IMG/VR virus record: IMGVR_UViG_3300044692_000054
Span: 1-25,759 of that record
Reading direction: 5' to 3' (one strand)
From: a virus
Lineage: Duplodnaviria; Caudoviricetes
DNA: 25,759 nt
The notes beneath the pieces are model-generated. The model saw only the letters and a list, made by a program, of their open reading frames with translations. It was not told the origin of the DNA and made no database searches. Positions within the stretch are counted from its first letter, which is position 1. The number at the start of each line of letters is the position of its first letter. The position numbers were made by a program, and so were the translations under genes. This document shows, one piece after another, positions 23,802 through 25,759 of this stretch.

Positions 23802-25463
23802 CTACTCCTCCTCGTTTTTGATCTTGAGCATGTTCATGATGACCGGCCACCGGGTCAGCCAGAGCGCCTTGTCCGTCTCCGCCGACTCCTGCCCGATCGC
23901 GTAGACGTCGTCGGCCAGGCCCTTGCCGAACAGCGGATGCATGTGCTCGATGTGGGCGGTCAGGCACGGAGCCCAGACGCCCCGCACGCGGGCCAGCTCC
24001 ACGATCTCGTTGTCCACGTACCAGTGCCGGTAGCCCTCGTGGCAGACGATCCCCGGCCCGTCCAGGCTCGCGCCCAGATCGTCCACGTACTTGCGCCGGA
24101 TCAGCATGTGCGTGGCGTGCGCCCCCGCGATGACCGCCGGGTTGCCCAGATCGTTGGTGCCGACCACCTGCGCGTTCGTCTCGGCCGCCGTCGCCATCGC
24201 CTGATCCAGCCAGCCCCGGTGGAACTGCACGTCGTCGCCGACCAGCAGGATCCACGGCTCCTTGGAGATCTCGAAGCCCCGGTTGACCTTCTCCCCGAAC
24301 GAGCCCATGGTGCGCAGGTAGTCGTGCGCGTCGACCACCGTGCCGATCTCGCCGACGGCCGACAGCCAGGCGATCGTCGTGTCCGGGTCGGAGCGGTCGC
24401 CCATCACGTACAGGCGGACCAGCTCCCGCTGGCGCGGGGTGAGGCTGTTGACCAGGGACGTCAGGAACAGCTCGGAGTTGTCGCGCTTCGCGACCGGCAC
24501 GATGATCGCGACCGGCACCTCAGCCTCGGGCACCTGCTTCTGCCGGATCGGGGACGACTGCGCGGCCTGCTGCGCAGCCTGCGGGTTGATGTGGATCTTC
24601 GGCCACCGATCGGGCGGGAGCGGCGTCGACTTGATCGCGGGCGGCGTGAACGGCTTCAGGTGATACTCGGGAACCCCGTACCAGACGGTCTTCTGGTGGC
24701 TCGTGCGCACGCCGGTGTGCACGTAGACCGGCAGGTCCACCTGGTGCGCGCGGATGCAGAACGAGACGTCCTCGCCGCACCGCTCGCCGTCCGGGCCGGG
24801 GATGCGCTCGAACCAGATGTGCGGCGGAGCGCCGTTCTCCTGGTTCCAGGCGGCGATCTTCTCGTACGCCGACCGGTGGGTCAGCAGCATCCCGCAGCCG
24901 GTCGCCCCGACGCGGGTGACCTTGTCGGGCTCCCACTCGTTGCGGGTCACGAGCTTGTACGCGCCGGGGGTGCCGTTGTTCGGCTCCACCCACGCCCAGT
25001 CGTACAGGGTGGGGGCGAGGCTGGAGCGCAGCCCGCCCATGAAGTCGTGGCTGTAGTCGCCCTCGATGAAACACAGCGCCCCGACGATGGGGGCGGTGTC
25101 CGGGTCGGCGACCGAGAGCAGCTTCTCCAGCGCGTCCGGCTCGAACCCGATGTCGGAGTCGATCCAGAGCAGCCAGTCGGCGTCGCTGGACAGGAACGCG
25201 GCCGTCGCGGTGTTCCGGGCGTGCGACAGCTCCATGGACCGGCCCCACACGGCCGCCAGCGCGCCGTTGTTCATCAGGCCGGAGTTGTGCATCAGGTGGT
25301 CGCCGTGCTGCTTGTCGTAGGCGATCATCCGCAGCAGGGACTCGGTGTAGTTCCACCCCGGATTGTCGAGGTGCGGGGTGCCGATGCAGACGTGCTCACC
25401 GGCTCGCGGGTCCAGGGCGCGGGCCAGCTCGTCGCGCGCCTGGGCGGCGGCTTTCGATTCCAT
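23802..25463 (-). CDS. Two-domain GT-A glycosyltransferase
   Basis: Domain 1: ARN...LLWIDSDIGF...GCGMLL...GEDVSFC. Domain 2: VAIIVPV...KVNRG...LLVGDDVQF...WYVDNE. Confidence 0.88.
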   Translation of the reverse strand: MESKAAAQARDELARALDPRAGEHVCIGTPHLDNPGWNYTESLLRMIAYDKQHGDHLMHNSGLMNNGALAAVWGRSMELSHARNTATAAFLSSDADWLLWIDSDIGFEPDALEKLLSVADPDTAPIVGALCFIEGDYSHDFMGGLRSSLAPTLYDWAWVEPNNGTPGAYKLVTRNEWEPDKVTRVGATGCGMLLTHRSAYEKIAAWNQENGAPPHIWFERIPGPDGERCGEDVSFCIRAHQVDLPVYVHTGVRTSHQKTVWYGVPEYHLKPFTPPAIKSTPLPPDRWPKIHINPQAAQQAAQSSPIRQKQVPEAEVPVAIIVPVAKRDNSELFLTSLVNSLTPRQRELVRLYVMGDRSDPDTTIAWLSAVGEIGTVVDAHDYLRTMGSFGEKVNRGFEISKEPWILLVGDDVQFHRGWLDQAMATAAETNAQVVGTNDLGNPAVIAGAHATHMLIRRKYVDDLGASLDGPGIVCHEGYRHWYVDNEIVELARVRGVWAPCLTAHIEHMHPLFGKGLADDVYAIGQESAETDKALWLTRWPVIMNMLKIKNEEE

Positions 25464-25570
25464 ACGGGCTCCTCCTCCGTTTCCGGCAGGGTACCCGCTA
25501 TGATCGCGGCCAGGTGTATCGGTGCTGCCACGGTCCGGCCGAACGCTCGGAGTCCGAAAGAAGCCCTCAA

Positions 25571-25759
25571 GTGGCCGTGAAGCTGCCTTTCACCGTGCCG
25601 ACCGCCGAGGATGGCTCGTACGCCTTCTCGGGGATGTCGGAAGACGAACTGACCAACATCCGGGCGCAGGCCCGCAGCGCCGCCGCGACCTTCGCGGACA
25701 TGGATGTCGCCGACGTCAAGCAGGACGACATCGACACCATGCGGGAGCTGACCAAGATC
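25571..25759 (+). CDS. N-terminus of a probable major capsid (scaffold-fused) protein, truncated
   Basis: GTG at 25571 or 25577, open to the window end, high GC3, acidic helical sequence (FSGMSEDELTNIRAQA...); TATGAT at 25499. Identity inferred from gene order only. Confidence 0.55.
   Translation, partial: MAVKLPFTVPTAEDGSYAFSGMSEDELTNIRAQARSAAATFADMDVADVKQDDIDTMRELTKI

Noticed and set aside
1-25759. CRISPR array, integrase, transposase or intein
   Set aside because: No regularly spaced repeats or recognisable catalytic or splicing motifs were seen.

Overview
High-GC, gene-dense segment of a tailed actinobacteriophage (or prophage) covering the DNA-packaging and head module. The core order is terminase large subunit (185), DUF1360-like membrane protein, portal (7366), MuF-like minor head protein (9371), capsid maturation protease (19634), small MGCNCG protein, then the probable start of the major capsid gene (25571, truncated). 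Accessory blocks interrupt this backbone. (1) A non-coding block (about 2805-4090 and 5900-6201) holds four tRNA-like genes, all with intact T arms and near-intact D/acceptor arms but aberrant anticodon arms, among multi-stem structured RNAs. (2) Two VIP2/Alt-type R-S-ExE ADP-ribosyltransferases share a CCHC tag and are followed by an HTH gene and a separately promoted ADP-ribosylglycohydrolase, a candidate writer/eraser system. (3) A lipoprotein and small membrane-protein cassette precedes a possible Acb2/Tad1-like gene. (4) There are three paralogues of an unrecognised small basic protein. (5) A two-domain glycosyltransferase and a methyltransferase lie next to the capsid gene. At DNA level, a 10-bp motif GATC(G/A)AAAAC occurs ten times, and a promoter family shares a palindrome over the -35 box and a GACAGACC start-site motif. 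All calls come from reading motifs by eye; no searches or folding programs were run.
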